Shown here: positions 25,221-38,242 of the stretch, one piece after another
Position numbering within the stretch: position 1 is the first letter of the stretch
How the letters are laid out: every line of letters begins with the position of its first letter
Source of the DNA: Camelus dromedarius
Lineage: Eukaryota
Direction: 5' to 3'
Assembly (NCBI RefSeq): GCF_036321535.1
Contig: NC_087437.1
Coordinates: forward strand, 71,798,001-71,862,000
Length of the DNA: 64,000 nt
Translations under genes and position numbers: made by a program
The notes under the pieces: model-generated
What the model was told of the DNA's origin: nothing
What the model saw: the letters and a program-made list of their open reading frames with translations, nothing else
Database searches by the model: none

Positions 25221-27582
25221 CCTGGCCCCTCCCCTAACCCCCCATCCTCTACGCAGTGAGGATTTCAACTCTCCTTTTTCTGTTCCTGCCCTCAGGCCTC
25301 ACTTAGAACTTAAAAACCATGGATTAATTCGTAATTATCACAGATTAATCTTTTTAAGGCTTCAAATTCTTAGCTCTTTTTAAAGAAAAAACAAAGGAGC
25401 TCCAGGCTCCTGGACAGGCGCTGCTGAGAGGCTGCTTCACCTCACCCACCCCGCCTTTCAGGACAGAGACTCCACTGCCAGCTGTGCACATCTCAGAGAG
25501 CCTGCTGGGGCCTGAAGCTGCGGTTTGCTGAAGGAATTAAACAGCTGTAGGAAAAGCTCTTATCTCCACGCCGAATATTCTAAAGTAGAACAAAACCCAC
25601 TATTCAAGGGACAGGGATGGTCTGGACTCATTAATGTCAGGCTTCCAGGATTTGTTCCAAAGGGAAAAAGTTTTTACAAACTGAGAATCCCCAGCGGTGC
25701 TGGAAACCCAAACACAGTAGCCCAGGATCTGTAGATACACCAGGAAATGAAAACTGGCTTCATGCATGTGAAAAAGTGAAAATGAGCTGAATGACTCCCA
25801 GGCTCCAGCAGGAGAGGGGGGATGAAAAAATACAAGCCCAAGCCTGATTTTTCTTTCAGAATCCTTTCTTGTGTGATGATCTTTAGTTCTTCAAGAAAGA
25901 AACTGCTTTCAAGGCCGAGTCCACCCAACAGCTCCCAGTGCCCCACAGGCCACAGCGTAACAGAAGCCAGGCCCAGCGGGGGGCGCTGTCCTCTCACTTC
26001 CCCTGGGCCCCTGCTGTCTCGGCCTCCCAGCACCGGTCTCCCTTCCCCTGGGCTCAGAAATGAAAATAAGAAATGGAATGGTAATTAGTCACTGTCACGC
26101 ACACCGAGGGGGAGAACGCGGCCTCAGCCCGGTGTTTCCGGATTGCCTCACGTGGCCTTTGCCAGCCGGCCTCTTGGTGAGCTGGTTTCACGTCCACCTA
26201 CTGGCCCGAAAAATATTCTCCTTGCTCTCACGCTGGTTCTTGTCTCCTGGGGACCATGAGCATTTGGCCTGCCCTGATCTTTGTCCACAGCTCTGTGATG
26301 GTGGGGTCCAGTTACACGGGGAAATGAGGGTTAGGACCAGCCCTGCCCCATAACCTGGGCTGAACAATGCTGCTTTCTGTTACAAACTCACCCACCCACT
26401 TTGCTGGCTGCCTGTGAACAGGCTAGCAGGCTGAGAGTTAATGAGAAACGGCCCCTCCCGACCCCTACCTAGGAGGCAACTTTGCCAAAGGTGCCCCCGA
26501 GGACTTGTCCCAACCCGAGGTCTCCGAGCAGAGCACGTAACGGGCAGGAAGAGACCGTGGGGGCCAGCGGGCCCAGGGCCAGGGCATGGCTTCTGCACAG
26601 CCAGCGCTTTCCACCCGGCAGGGCTGGTGGTGGTGTTTTTGGAGGGGAGAGGAAAGCTGATAAATACTTTTAGTTCCACATTCATATATTTTCCATGTTT
26701 TCTACCAAGTGCACATAGCAGTTTCATAAACCACAAATAATAAATGCATAATAAAGCCTAGCACTCACTTATGACAAATTATTACTTATCAAATACGATT
26801 TTTAAAAATCCACTTAATAATTTTCTACTGTTTTATGCCTTAGAAAGAAAACAGCCTGCACCTGGGATGAACAGAAATGTTTTCAAGGATATTTTCTTAA
26901 AGGGAATTTAATGGGTAACAGCAGGTGAGAGCCTGGCCTTGAATGAGGGTGGCAGCCTGGGGGCCCCGTTCTGCTCACAGGGCGCAGTGTCCAAGAGATG
27001 GGCTGGCCCAGCTCTGTCCCTGCATCCTGTCAGAGCCAGACTCCCTCCCTGACAGCTCCCAAAACAACCACCTGGACAGACTTCCTTCTGTCAACGAGAA
27101 ATAGCTGAGGTCTGAACAACATGATGTGCTTTTAGCTCAAATGCCTGCTTGTCAAACCTGAGCCATGAGGAATCCTGAGAACTGAGTGGGTATTTTGTGG
27201 CCCTCAGCGAAAACACTTGTTCACAAATATTAGTTTTCCTGGCTCCTGAGCTAGCTTGCCACACCAGAGTTCCTGCAGGTATGTACCCAGCACAGCTTAC
27301 TTAGGTTAAAAAACGAAACAAAACAACAGCCCCAGCAAATGGCAGAGGGAAGAGGGGAGGATGGGGGATGGTTAACAGGGAGCCTGTACGCTCCTCGGGA
27401 TGGGAAGCTGGTGCACAGGGCTCAGACCCAAAGCTTCCTGCAAGGTGGAAAAAAGTACACTGGAGGGCAGAGAAGGTCATGGTCAGCAGTGGGGACAACT
27501 GTCCAGGCTTCAGGAGCTGTAGGGGAGACGGCCAGCAGGCAGAGAGCCCCTGGCCTCACCGAGAGCTCAGCACGCTCCGTAC

Positions 27583-27890
27583 CTTGCGGTGTTTCACCAC
27601 ATAGTAGAGGATGGGCGCCCGGCTGCCGCCCTCATGCCGGGGCCGCCACACCAGCTCATATGAGTCAGTCTTGGAGGTGCGGGGCGAGCTGAGGATGACG
27701 GGCGCCTCGGCTGGAGCCACCTGCCCCTGCTCTCCGGGGCACTGTGTGGAAGCCGGCTGCACCAACACCGGGGGCCTCAGGGGCCCCGGGTGGCCCTTCA
27801 GCATCTGGTCAGGGCTTCCAGGTCTGGAGGGTGGCGTGCGAGGTGTGGTGGTGTCTGGCTGAGCATCCCGCCATGGCCTCAGGGTGGTGC
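27583..27890 (-). CDS. BOC: BOC coding exon 7, Pro-rich linker and FNIII-1 start
   Basis: GTTLRPWRDAQP...PAEAPVILSSPRTSKTDSYELVWRPR...YYVVKHRK. Confidence 0.94.
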
Positions 27891-28899
27891 CTGGAGGACC
27901 GAGCAGGAAGGAGAAGGTGAGGAAGAGCACCTGCTGAGCTGTTGCCCCGCCGGAGAAAAATGAGATGTCAGAGGGATGAGCTCTCAGCGCAGGGCCTGAG
28001 GTGACCACCAGCCTGCCTGACACACAGCCAGGCTCTGTGGGAGGAGAGGGCTGTGCCCCTGCCCAGCCAGGAGGGAAAGGCAGCCTGACGCCCCACCCCC
28101 ACCCCAGGCTTCCTGCGTCCACACCTGGTATGTCTTGAGTGAACTACCTCAACTTGCTCCCGAGGTGCAGGAACCCCGTCCCTCTTTCTCACGTCCATGC
28201 AGAGATGGGGACATGTCCCTTCACTGTGGGATCAACACCCTGGCACAGTGTGGGCCGCTTCCTGTGGAACTGTGGGGACCTGGAGACCTGAGCTATGAAA
28301 GTGCATCTTGAGACTCTGAGAGGCAGGAGGGGCAACACTTCCTTCAGGAAGCGTCCACAGACTCTGCCAACACTAGCTGCTTCTACCTGAGCTCCTGCAC
28401 CACAGGAGGTGGGCACCTGGTAGCTGACTCAGCATTTTATTACTCCTGTTGTCTTCTTCCACATCCTGCCTAAGAAGGGCCTTGAGGGTAGGGTCTTGGT
28501 TATGTTTCTCTGCACCCCCAACACTGCCTAGCCCTGTGCTGAGCCAACAGCAACTGCTTAATTGCCTGACTGAATCGTCAACTGAAATCAATCAAGCTGA
28601 GAAAGACAGACTTGCTTTTCCTGGTGCTAGACCAGTGGTTATCAAACTGGGTTCCATGGAACCCTAGAACCCTACAGATTCTGCAAGCTAATTAAAAAGT
28701 TTAAAAAAATTACAACAGTGAAATGGGTCATTTTCATTACTGAAAGTTAACACTTCTGATTTACTAGTTAATGTAGATTTGAACTTACAACTAAGAGTCA
28801 CTTTTATTCACTTTATACACTAGATAAGTTGGATTTCATTTGAAAAAAAGGGTTCTGTAAATGTTCACTCAGAATCTCAGGCCCTTGGGCTGTACTCAC

Positions 28900-29172
28900 C
28901 TGGCCTGGTGGTCCTCAGCTGGACCACGGCGTGGGCACTCCCAACCTCATTCTCAGCCATGCACTGGTAGACGCCTTCGTCCTCAGGCCCCATGCTGACC
29001 ACCCGCAGGGCCCGACGGGACAGTCGGAGGCGCTGGCTGGAGGTGAGGGGCACAGCGTTCCTCAGCCACAGCACGGTCGGAGGGGGGTTCCCGCGCACCT
29101 CACAGGTGAGCTTGGCGCTCTGGCCCCACGGGATGACCAGCTGGGACAGCTCCATGGTGACCTCAGGGGGTT
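28900..29172 (-). CDS. BOC: BOC coding exon 6, Ig4
   Basis: EPPEVTMELSQ...LTCEVRGNPPP...DEGVYQCMAENEVG...TTRP. Confidence 0.96.
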
Positions 29173-29511
29173 CTGACAGGAAATCAGAGCAACGGTGAGA
29201 AAGGCTGAGTCCTTCTGTCCAGGCCCAGACAGGCTGGGGAGGGGACTGCTGGCAAGAGACTCTCTCTCCTTCTCTGTGGTTGTTGGTAGAGGAGAGGAAA
29301 GGTCCCATGTCTCCTCCATCAGAGTCCTCACAGGGAAGGGCTGCCAGGCAGGTACACCCTAGTCCCTGGGATCCAAGGCCTCCCACCCTCTCAGAACACC
29401 TCCATCACTCACTCGGCGCGTGACCCTGTCTGAGCTTCAGCTTAATGCCTCTAGAAAGGCCATGCAGATAAGAGAAGGCAGAAGAGAAGAAGGTCTGCAG
29501 GAGACACTCAC

Positions 29512-29805
29512 CAAACACTTGGACGTTGTAGAGGATGACCGCAGCCCCAGGCTCCCCGACCCCGTTGTCTGCCATGCAGCGATAGGTCCCCGAGTCCTCC
29601 TCGCTGGTGGTGTCGATGAGGAGGTTGCTCAGCAGGAAGCGTGTCTTGTTGTAGCTGGCGACACTGGACCCATCCTTGGCCCAGGTGACCCTCGGGGGTG
29701 GGATCCCACTGGCCACACACTCCAGGATGAGACTCTGGCCTTTGGTGACAACGATGGTCTGGGCCTCGGGGGGGTAGATGATGCGGGCAGCCTCAGCAGT
29801 GGAGC
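29512..29805 (-). CDS. BOC: BOC coding exon 5, Ig3
   Basis: STAEAARIIYPP...LECVASGIPPPRVTWAKDG...DSGTYRCMADNGVG...VQVF. Confidence 0.96.
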
Positions 29806-30543
29806 CTGGAGGGGCAAGGAGAAGCAGCACAGCGTGTGGGACCAGGCTGGGGTGCAAGGGACCCCCTCCAGCCTGCTTCAGGCGGCCCAGCCCCAGGAGG
29901 CGGCCCAGAGAGCCTGCGTTTGGACTCAAACAGGCCTCCAGGGGCTTACGACCTATGTCAAGTGGGCAAGTTACTAATTCCCTTGGGCCTTGGTTTTCTT
30001 ATGGGTAACAAGGTCGTCCTGCAGAGAGCTGTCACGGGGAAGGAACGAGACAGGGGTGAAGCAGCATCATCGACACGACATGTGCATGGTTAACTATGTG
30101 TTTTGACAAAGAAAGATGAGGTGGTGGGCAGAGAAACAATTCGAATGGTGCAGGTGATTTTTCTCACTTGTACTCAGTAAGTCCACTCTGAGGCCCAGGA
30201 CAAGAGGGGAGAAGGATCTGCTGCGTCCCACAAACCCCATCCCTGGACCTCAGTTCCCAAGTGTGATTCACGGGAGCCCCTGCGCTCATCTGGCAGTTGG
30301 CATCCTGCTGTGCTAAGTCGGGGGGTGGTGAGGTAACCTACTGTTTAAAGAGGCACTCATTTCTTGTGTCCAAAGCAAATCAAGTATTTCAGCAGGTGCT
30401 CAGCTGAGGAAGCAGTGATCTTTTTTCAACGCTGGGGCAGAAACTACACAGAACTGACTGGAAGGCAGGTTCCCTTCCTCAGGAACCCAGGAGGAGCCCG
30501 CTGACTAAGGAGCAGGCTGACCATCTGCTTTATGCGCCAACCA

Positions 30544-30691
30544 CAGGCAGATCCAGCGTATGTAAGACCTGAAATTTAGCTCGGGAGACCCTCTTGAAGA
30601 AAAAGAATATAAAAAATTACAGATACAAAATTAAGTGAGTGAGGACTCAATGAAGTTTTGCTTCATTAGATTCAGGGTAGATCTGCTTCTG
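30544..30691. mobile_element. hAT MITE (MER53-like)
   Basis: Terminal ggcagatcc and agatctgcttctg; internal aagaaaaagaatataaaaaattac. Confidence 0.65.
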
Positions 30692-31309
30692 GTGCCAACT
30701 CTAAAGCCTAATTCCACATAAGACGTCACTCCACTGAATACGCGGGAGCCTAGAAAAGTACCTGCCCCGGAGGACGTGCTCAGCCAAGGGAGCTGCTGTT
30801 TTCATATGAATGGGGGAGCAGTGTGGGCCTCTGGGGACCTTCATCAGAGGGAGGTGCTGGGCATTTCCACCATGCAGACTGAGTAGACACAGCCTGGCCT
30901 CACGCAAAGCAGATCTGGTGGCCTCACACAGGCACAAATGCATGCACCAGCGTCTTTTCTATGCGTATGCTATGGCCAGCCTGTCCTGCCCCAGTACACG
31001 CATCCCAACCCGTGCCCATCCTCTGAAAGTGGCACAGAGAAGGAAAGCTCTCAACAGGCTGGAGTGAGCGGGTGTCCCCCCACAGGGCTCTGAAGTGACC
31101 CGCAAGCTCTGCCGCCCCCTGAACCAAGTCTGAGGGCCACGTGCTGTGAGAGGCCGGCAGAGGGCAGAGGACCCCTACTCTGGCTGAATCCTGAGTCCTG
31201 GACATCCCACTGGCCCCAGCCCCCCGGCCCCCACCTTGGAGAACACGGGTCAGGAGCTTGGACCGCTGTACCCCCAGGCCCCCCTCTATCGGCGAGACCC
31301 GACCCTTAC

Positions 31310-31453
31310 GGCGCACGCGCAGCCTGTCGCTGGAGCCCGAGGTTTTCACTTCCTGCGTCACTGGGTTGTAGGCGGCACACTTGTACATCCCCTCGTCCTC
31401 CTGGCTGGCGTTCACAATCTGCAGGTTCCCCGATGGCATGATCAGGTAGTTAT
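31310..31453 (-). CDS. BOC: BOC coding exon 4, Ig2 second half
   Basis: [48 protein letters not shown]. Confidence 0.96.
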
Positions 31454-31759
31454 CTGAGGAAAGGACAGGGCCAGGGGAACATGGGATGAGTTTGGGCCCA
31501 GAATACTGCACTCAACAGCCCCCGCAAAGGTTGGGGGCAGGTAGGGGAGGAGCCGGGAGCTGTGCACATGGGTCCCAACAAGCCCAAGTTGAAAGTGCTG
31601 TTCTCCCCACGAAACTTTGCACCAACTGGGACGAAAATGCAGGGAATGGAACTAACCAACCAGGTAATAAACTGGGTGGCTGACCCTCGCCACTCCAAGC
31701 TCTGCATGGGTCTGTTTTATACTTTCAAGGGAGCCCAGGTAGCATAGAAGGGAAGCAGG

Positions 31760-31930
31760 ACTGGGGGTCTGCCAGACCTGGACCCAAGCTCTGGTTCTAC
31801 CCTGTATTAACCGTGTGATCTTGGGCAAGTCAGTTAACCTCTCAGACTCTGCTTCCTCATTTGTCGAAGGCATAACATGTCCTGCCTCAGAACAATTTGT
31901 AAGGACTGAGGGGCCAGTGCTGCATGCATG
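31760..31930 (+). mobile_element. MIR SINE
   Basis: tgtgatcttgggcaagtcagttaacctctc...ttcctcatttgt. Confidence 0.75.
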
Positions 31931-33206
31931 GTGATGAGGTGATCCTTCCTGTGAGCCACCAGGAAGGAGGGAACTGACTTGAGAATTTCCCATCAGTCTG
32001 GTCACAGCTCTGAGCCACCTCACTGTTGAATTTCTGCAGCCAGGGAGGAGTATTCTAGCCCCCAACCCCTACCCTCTCCATAAACACAGCACTGAAGCCC
32101 TTCTCTCTGCATCACTGGTCTGCTAGGCTTTGTCTACTCTGGATCAGAGGTGCCATGGGGGTGGAGTCCCAGGGTTGATTTCAGCTTCTTTCCCCAGGAG
32201 ACAGATTCACAGCTTCTGGACACCCCAACAACAAGGATGGTGTTCAGCTTCCTGAGAGGCAAAGCACTGGTCGTCAAGCTTTCTGGTGGCCTGTGCTTGG
32301 CAGGCTGGATGTCTCTGCAACCCAGCCTCCAGGTGTGAGCTGCTTAGGCAAATGCTGGATGGAATGGAAAAATGGACAAGCCTCCCCTAGGGGCTAATGC
32401 CAGGCTTCTGCCAGGGACAGCAGACATTCATACTCTTCTCAGTCTCCAGTTATTTCTGAGTGGCAGGATTAGAGGTTTTACCCTTTTACAAAATGGTTTT
32501 TTTGTATTTTCTATAGTAAACATATATTCCTTTCATAACCAGAAAGTTAGCAGAAACATTTAAAAATCTCTAGAACATTTTAAAAGGTATACACTTTGAG
32601 GTGTGGGGTCAAGCCACAGGGGTCTCCTTGGCCTTGAGTGCAGGTCATTGTGAGAAGAAGCTGACTTGGTCTTGAGAGGTATCTCCTCTCCCCGCTGGCA
32701 CTCTGTGGACCAAAGCTTGGTCTCCCCTGGACCAGCTGTTGTGACCACGGGGGCCTGGGCAGGAAACTGTGATGGTCGAGATGGCTGCAAAATTACCAGG
32801 AAAATGGGGAGAGGGAAAGTCTTGAGTTCCCCTAGAAAGACTGCTTTTCTGTGTGGGGAAGAGCCCTACCTCCCACCAGGGAACCCCACAGCTCCACGAA
32901 GGTCTGGGTCATCAGGGACCCCTCCTGTGCGGGCCCGGCGGCAGGGAGCTTGCACCGGCACAATCGGGAACCCTGTGCTGAGTGCCCTGGTCCAAGGGCA
33001 GCAGCTCAGCATCTGCCAGGCCCTCAGAGGATGAACAGATTGCTTGTGACAGGCAGGGGACCTCCGTAACAGAAGCCAGTCCCTTTAGGATCCCACAGGG
33101 CTAAATGTCAAAGTAGAAGACAGCTGACAGCCCAAGGAGAGGGCTGCTGGCATGTCGACGAGGGTTTAGGAGGCAGTGAGGAGGTGGCTCCTGCTTGTTC
33201 ACTCAC

Positions 33207-33353
33207 CTCTGGAGGCCTCCAGCCACTCCTGTTTGACGCTGTATCGGACCTGGGCTTTCGGGTGGCTCTCAGGAAGGTGGCAGGCAATGACCGCCGTGTT
33301 CCCCTCGTCGACTTCAATCACGTGCTGCACGTCTAACTTAAAGTCCTGGAGAT
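33207..33353 (-). CDS. BOC: BOC coding exon 3, Ig2 first half
   Basis: NLQDFKLDVQHVIEVDEGNTAVIACHLPESHPKAQVRYSVKQEWLEASR (hand translated); gcag/gtgagt. Confidence 0.95.
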
Positions 33354-33958
33354 CTGCAGAGAGAGGGCAGGGGCCAGCTGGGTCTCGACGGAAGAGAGAG
33401 GCAGGTGATGCAACATTTCGGGGTGGGCTTGTGCCCTGGTGTCTTTAGTCACCATCAGCAGCTGCAAGAACCTCACACTCCAAGGGCCCTCTAGGGGTGC
33501 TCAGAGTCCTCCTTCCAGCCTTCTGTTGTCACGAGGAGTTTACAGAAGGGACCGTGAGCCCACATTATGGCATGGGAGTTCAGCTTGGTGCACATAAGCC
33601 TGGGGGTGGGGGTGTGCAGAGAATTCCATCAAGTGGTGCCTGTGACACAGACCAGTTCTATTCTGTGACCTGACATGGGTGGGGGTGCTGTGTGTAAGTA
33701 GGCCAGGCCCACTGGCCCTACCGAACCTGGCAGAAAATGGGTTATGGTCATGGCACAAATGTCCTGGCATGGCTCAGCTCATGGAGACTGAAAGGAACAA
33801 GGAAAGAGAATGCTCATGTCTCTTCCCCAGTTCAGTCAAGAACAGCCTTCCCTAGTTCTTCTCAGACATCCACAGGGAAAAGTGAAAGGCCAGAGATTCC
33901 ACTCAATTGCCAACCACAGTTACAACGAGAAGGCTGATTCCTGTCACCCAGGAACTGT

Positions 33959-34117
33959 GCAGCCCTCCCCCTGTATCCTTGGGGATTGTTTCCAGGCACC
34001 CCGGTGGATACAAAATCCACGGATGCTCCAGCCCCTTACATGAAATTGGGTACAGTGATTTCAGTCAGCCCTCCGTGTCCACGGGCTTCCCCTCTGCAGA
34101 TACAGAGAGCCGACTGT
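33959..34117. mobile_element. TcMar-Tigger MITE (MER2-like)
   Basis: gtatccttggggattgtttccagg...aaaatccacggatgctc; ends gatacagagagccgactg. Confidence 0.7.
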
Positions 34118-35636
34118 GCCCTGTGCCTTGTCATGGCTGATTCCTTCTCGGGGCTGGGGGTGGGGATCTGTGTATGCCCAAAGGGTTTTCTAAGGCAAAG
34201 AGGGATGCCCCCAGTGTGGCTTAATGGCAGTGGGATATGGGGGAGCCAAGGGTCCTGACACAGGCTATGGTCTCTCCTCACTTGACTCTTTGCAGGAAGA
34301 CGGGGATTTAAATGGGAGACGATGGAGAGCCATCTGGAACAAAAGCAGGATGTTTCCCAAACAATCCAACAGTCCAAACAACAAAATTCTCTTTGTTTGA
34401 GCCAAATCACTGATGCTGCTAAACCAAATGGGCCATTTGTGCAACAAAACCACATTCCAAATTTGGTTTTCAGGATTGGAGCTGAATTTAATTTAAGAGA
34501 GGAAATAAAACTAATAGAGAATAAGATAAGAGAAATGAAAATATTTACACAGACACTCTCTCCACAAAGGTACTTAGAAAGCCCTGGAGGCACCCTGTCT
34601 GAATGCTGACCACGCCACATTCTCAGCTCCTGAGAATGATACCATCACAGCGAACTGCAATTCCACGCAAGACTCCACCTGCCTGTGTGGCTGGTTCCCA
34701 GAGAAGGCAACGGGAGCCGGCGGGAATCAGGTTTCTCCCAGGAGGCATGACATAATCACCAAGAGCAAACTCTTGTCACCACAGGAGAGCCTGGTGATCC
34801 AGGCACTCCGTGCTGTCAGGAGGTTTCCCACTTAATGGAACGTTTCTGAAGTTCTCAGTCAAGCCAGCCAGGGCAGGAAAGCCCTTTTGTTTCTATTGAA
34901 AGGCTTGTTGTCCTTTGATAACAATATTCAGTTGTGAATGTTTTAGGGGCAGTGACCAAGTCTTGTTCATACATGTGTCCTCTGAACCTAGGGGATGCTC
35001 AGTGAATGTTGAATGACTGGATGAATAATTTATCTTGGAGCTGGGCCCCTCAAATCAGGTACAAAATGCCCATCCATGCTGTCTATGAACTCAAATTTCA
35101 TATTTGAGTTTGGGTCTACATTATGAGCTCCAGGGCCTAGCACAACAGATTTTCTATGAACTTTTTATCCAAGGATAGTCAACCTTTATCTAAGTGTGGC
35201 TATTTTGAAAATAGAATATTTTTTGAGAGGTTACTCAGGAGGTCAGGAAAGGGATAAAATAGGCCTAATAAATGTGGAATACGAAATCCACACTGTTCAC
35301 GGAGTGGTGTGGCAAAAACAATGACAGAATACCTGGTTCATTTCTGTGGCCCCATTTCACTTTCCAGGCTGAACAAGTGATTCCTGTGGGTCAAGGCGCG
35401 GTCTGCACGCACTTCTTCCTTTGAGTGGGTATGGGACCTTCTGGGCTTTTAAACAATTATTTTGTTATTTAATTTGGTGTTTGTGATGTCTTACCCCAAT
35501 GAAATTGCAAATTCCTGGTGGACAGCCTATTAATTTTGCACTCCACGCCCCAACCCCAAGTCCCACTGCACAGTATTCAGGACATACCAAGTGCTCATTA
35601 AGACCTTGTTGAATGGATAGTTTGGAATTCTGTGCC

Positions 35637-35815
35637 CAAGGCCAGCTTTCTGGGCACGCAGCCGATGCAGCTGCACCAGGCCCTGCGCTTGGAAGAGGCC
35701 AACACTTGGTTTAACACTCTGCTGTCACCATCTTGAAATTCTAGATGATATCTGACCAAGGGACCTCATGTTTTCATTTTGCAGTGGGCCACACAAAATA
35801 TGGAGTCCAGTCCTG
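35637..35815. mobile_element. hAT-Tip100 MITE (MER91A-like)
   Basis: cttggtttaacactctgctgtcaccatcttgaaattct...ttttcattttgcagtgggcc...cagtcctg. Confidence 0.75.
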
Positions 35816-37455
35816 GCAGAGCCCCTCAGCCAAGAGAGAGAATGCATTTTGTCTCAGAGAGGAGGAAGAGCTGGACTCTGGGCAAGGGTGGCCTGCCTGG
35901 GCTCAGTGTGTTCTAGCTGAGTATCGCTAACTGCTTTTCAAAAGCAAAGCGCTTCAACCATGCAAAGGCCTTCATTCTCCTTAGCACACTGCATGCAGTA
36001 CCTGCCAAGTCGGAGACTCCCCACGAAGCCAGCAGTGAGCGATGGTGAGCTGGAAAATTCCTCAGTCGCTGAGAAGCACTCTCTGTCACGGTCTAATAAA
36101 TCTAAAACTACTCCACCAAGAGTTTTTGAGTTTTCGTTTTACCCTCCTCCTTTTCTTTACCTCATTCCAAGAAAATCTGCCTCCAGCCAGAATATACTTA
36201 AACCTAACAGATCATTTTGCCGGAAAGATGTGAGCAACTGAAAGGAATCTGGCATCAGAATGCCATCGCCGCCCCAGGCTCCTGCCCCGTGGTAACTGAA
36301 GGCTTACCCAGGAACAGAGCACGTGCTCCTCCGTGTACCCCCCTCACTGACCCAATGCTAGAGAACACTGCGCACCCCTGCAGCTCCTCCTGGCCCCTCT
36401 GCACTGACAATTAACGCCTGGTTGGAGACAGCGGGCTATGCACTGGGGGAGGCACAAAGCTGGGCACCGGTCAGCCATGCAGCCAGACGGCCCCTCTGTT
36501 CTGATGCCAACATGTGCACAACAGCCCATGAGGGCAGGACCCAGGACACCCCAGCTGAGCTTCCAGCTCCCCACAGGGGCCGACTAGCAGGAAAGGCTCC
36601 TGGCTTCAAAACAAATAAGCAGCAGTTTGGTCCTTGGCCCTGTCCCCCCAACCCCCAACCCCGAGTTCAAGCTTTAGCAGTTGCTTCACTAGACAAATAC
36701 TCCCAATTTGGCTGCTGGAGCAAAAGTTGAGTTTCACTAAGGGATCAAAGGCAGAGTAATGAAGTGATGAATGATCTGAAAATCAGAGCACCCCCTTTCC
36801 TAGTATTTTTGGGCAGGAAGGAGGCCAGGGAGGGGAAGAGACTCCGTGATCAATAACAGCCCCTTCGGCCACCAGATGAGAGGCAGATGCAGAGATCTAG
36901 TTGGCTGCATATGAAGGAAACCAGCCTGTTCCCAGGCCCCTTTGTCTGCAAAGCCGGTTTCCTGGCGAATCCCCTGGGCTGCTCAGGGTGCCTCGCTGGG
37001 AATAAGGGGCAGGCCCTTCGGTTACAAATGGGGTTAGCAGGCCTTGATGCAGAGTGGTATCCGGTTTCACAGGGGAAACGGTTTGACAGGACACCTGCCC
37101 TTGCCTGTTGGCTGGTGTGTTTGAGAAATCCATTAGAGGAATGTTTTTGCAGCTTTAATCCTCTTACCTTCCCTCAGACCCCTCTTTTGTATCCTCTCTT
37201 TGTGCATTCTTCCAGTGATTTTACTAACTTCCCTGCACTAATCAAATGCCAGGAGGCCCACTCTTGTTTCTCAGCTCTCACCAGGTCAGAAGCCCTGGTC
37301 TTTGGGGCCATCATCTCGCAGTTTACAGACCTGCTTTATTAGTCACAGAACTTTGTGCTTTCTGAGAAAGCCCTAACATCTCAGACTCCATACCAAACCC
37401 TGCCCAGTTCCTTTCCTTCTAAGCACTCAATTTCTTAACAGAATGTGTATCTTCT

Positions 37456-37538
37456 TTTTTTTTTTTTAACAGAGGTCCTGGCCAGGACCTTGTGCATACT
37501 AAGCACATGCTCTACCACTGAGCTCCCCCTCCCCCCTG
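37456..37538 (-). mobile_element. Young tRNA-derived SINE with internal deletion
   Basis: Perfect 15-bp TSD gaatgtgtatcttct at 37441-37455 and 37539-37553; poly-T tail; B-box segment missing. Confidence 0.88.
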
Positions 37539-38083
37539 GAATGTGTATCTTCTGACACATCTCTTCCGTAGGACCACTGGATACACAGATTACAGGGATC
37601 TGTTCAGACACAAACCATGCAATGTGCTCTGAGATTCCTCTTCACGCCTAGGATACATCAGGCTCCTACCTTCTTGGCCGTGGGGGAAAAGACGAAGAAA
37701 ATAAACACTTTTAGAGGCGTGTGGGTATGCCTGCCATCACCAGGATCATATGTGAAACTACAAATTGACAAGCTTTTTCTTGAACCCCCTTTTGAATTTC
37801 TCTCTCACCACCTTCTAGCCTTGGTCCTTCCTTCAGCCGATCTATGAATTAAATGACAGTATTTCATGTACATTTGTGCATTCTCATAACACAACATGGT
37901 CACATCTTAACTGCAGGCTCATCCCCCAGTTTTTAGACTTTACAGGCCTCAGCAAAATGCTCCCAGTGTCATCAATAAACCTAATAATTACTTTCAAGGA
38001 GTTTCCTCATTTGATCCTCTTCTCCCTGAGTTTTACCTTAGGCTGCAACTTAAAGTTCAATTCCATTCAAGAAGGAAGTCAGG

Positions 38084-38242
38084 CATAGGGAAATAGACAC
38101 AAGATCTTACGGTAGCTCACAGAGAAAAAAATGTGACAATGAATATATATATGTTCATGCATAACTGAAAAATTGTGCTCTACACTGGAATTTGACACAA
38201 CATTGTAAAATGATTATAAATCAAAAAAAAATGTTAAAAAAA
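38084..38242 (+). mobile_element. Young L1 3' end, 5'-truncated
   Basis: agggaaatagacacaagatc...tgtgctctacactggaatttgacacaacattgtaaaatga plus A tail; matches reverse complement of 52690-52845. Confidence 0.85.

Noticed and set aside
29420..29977. Long antisense or alternative-frame ORFs over BOC exons (also 16207-16728, 21573-22094, 22146-22778)
   Set aside because: Expected shadows of GC-rich coding sequence
34036..34620. 194-aa minus-strand intronic ORF
   Set aside because: Partly in a Tigger MITE; not needed for the complete BOC frame; no domain
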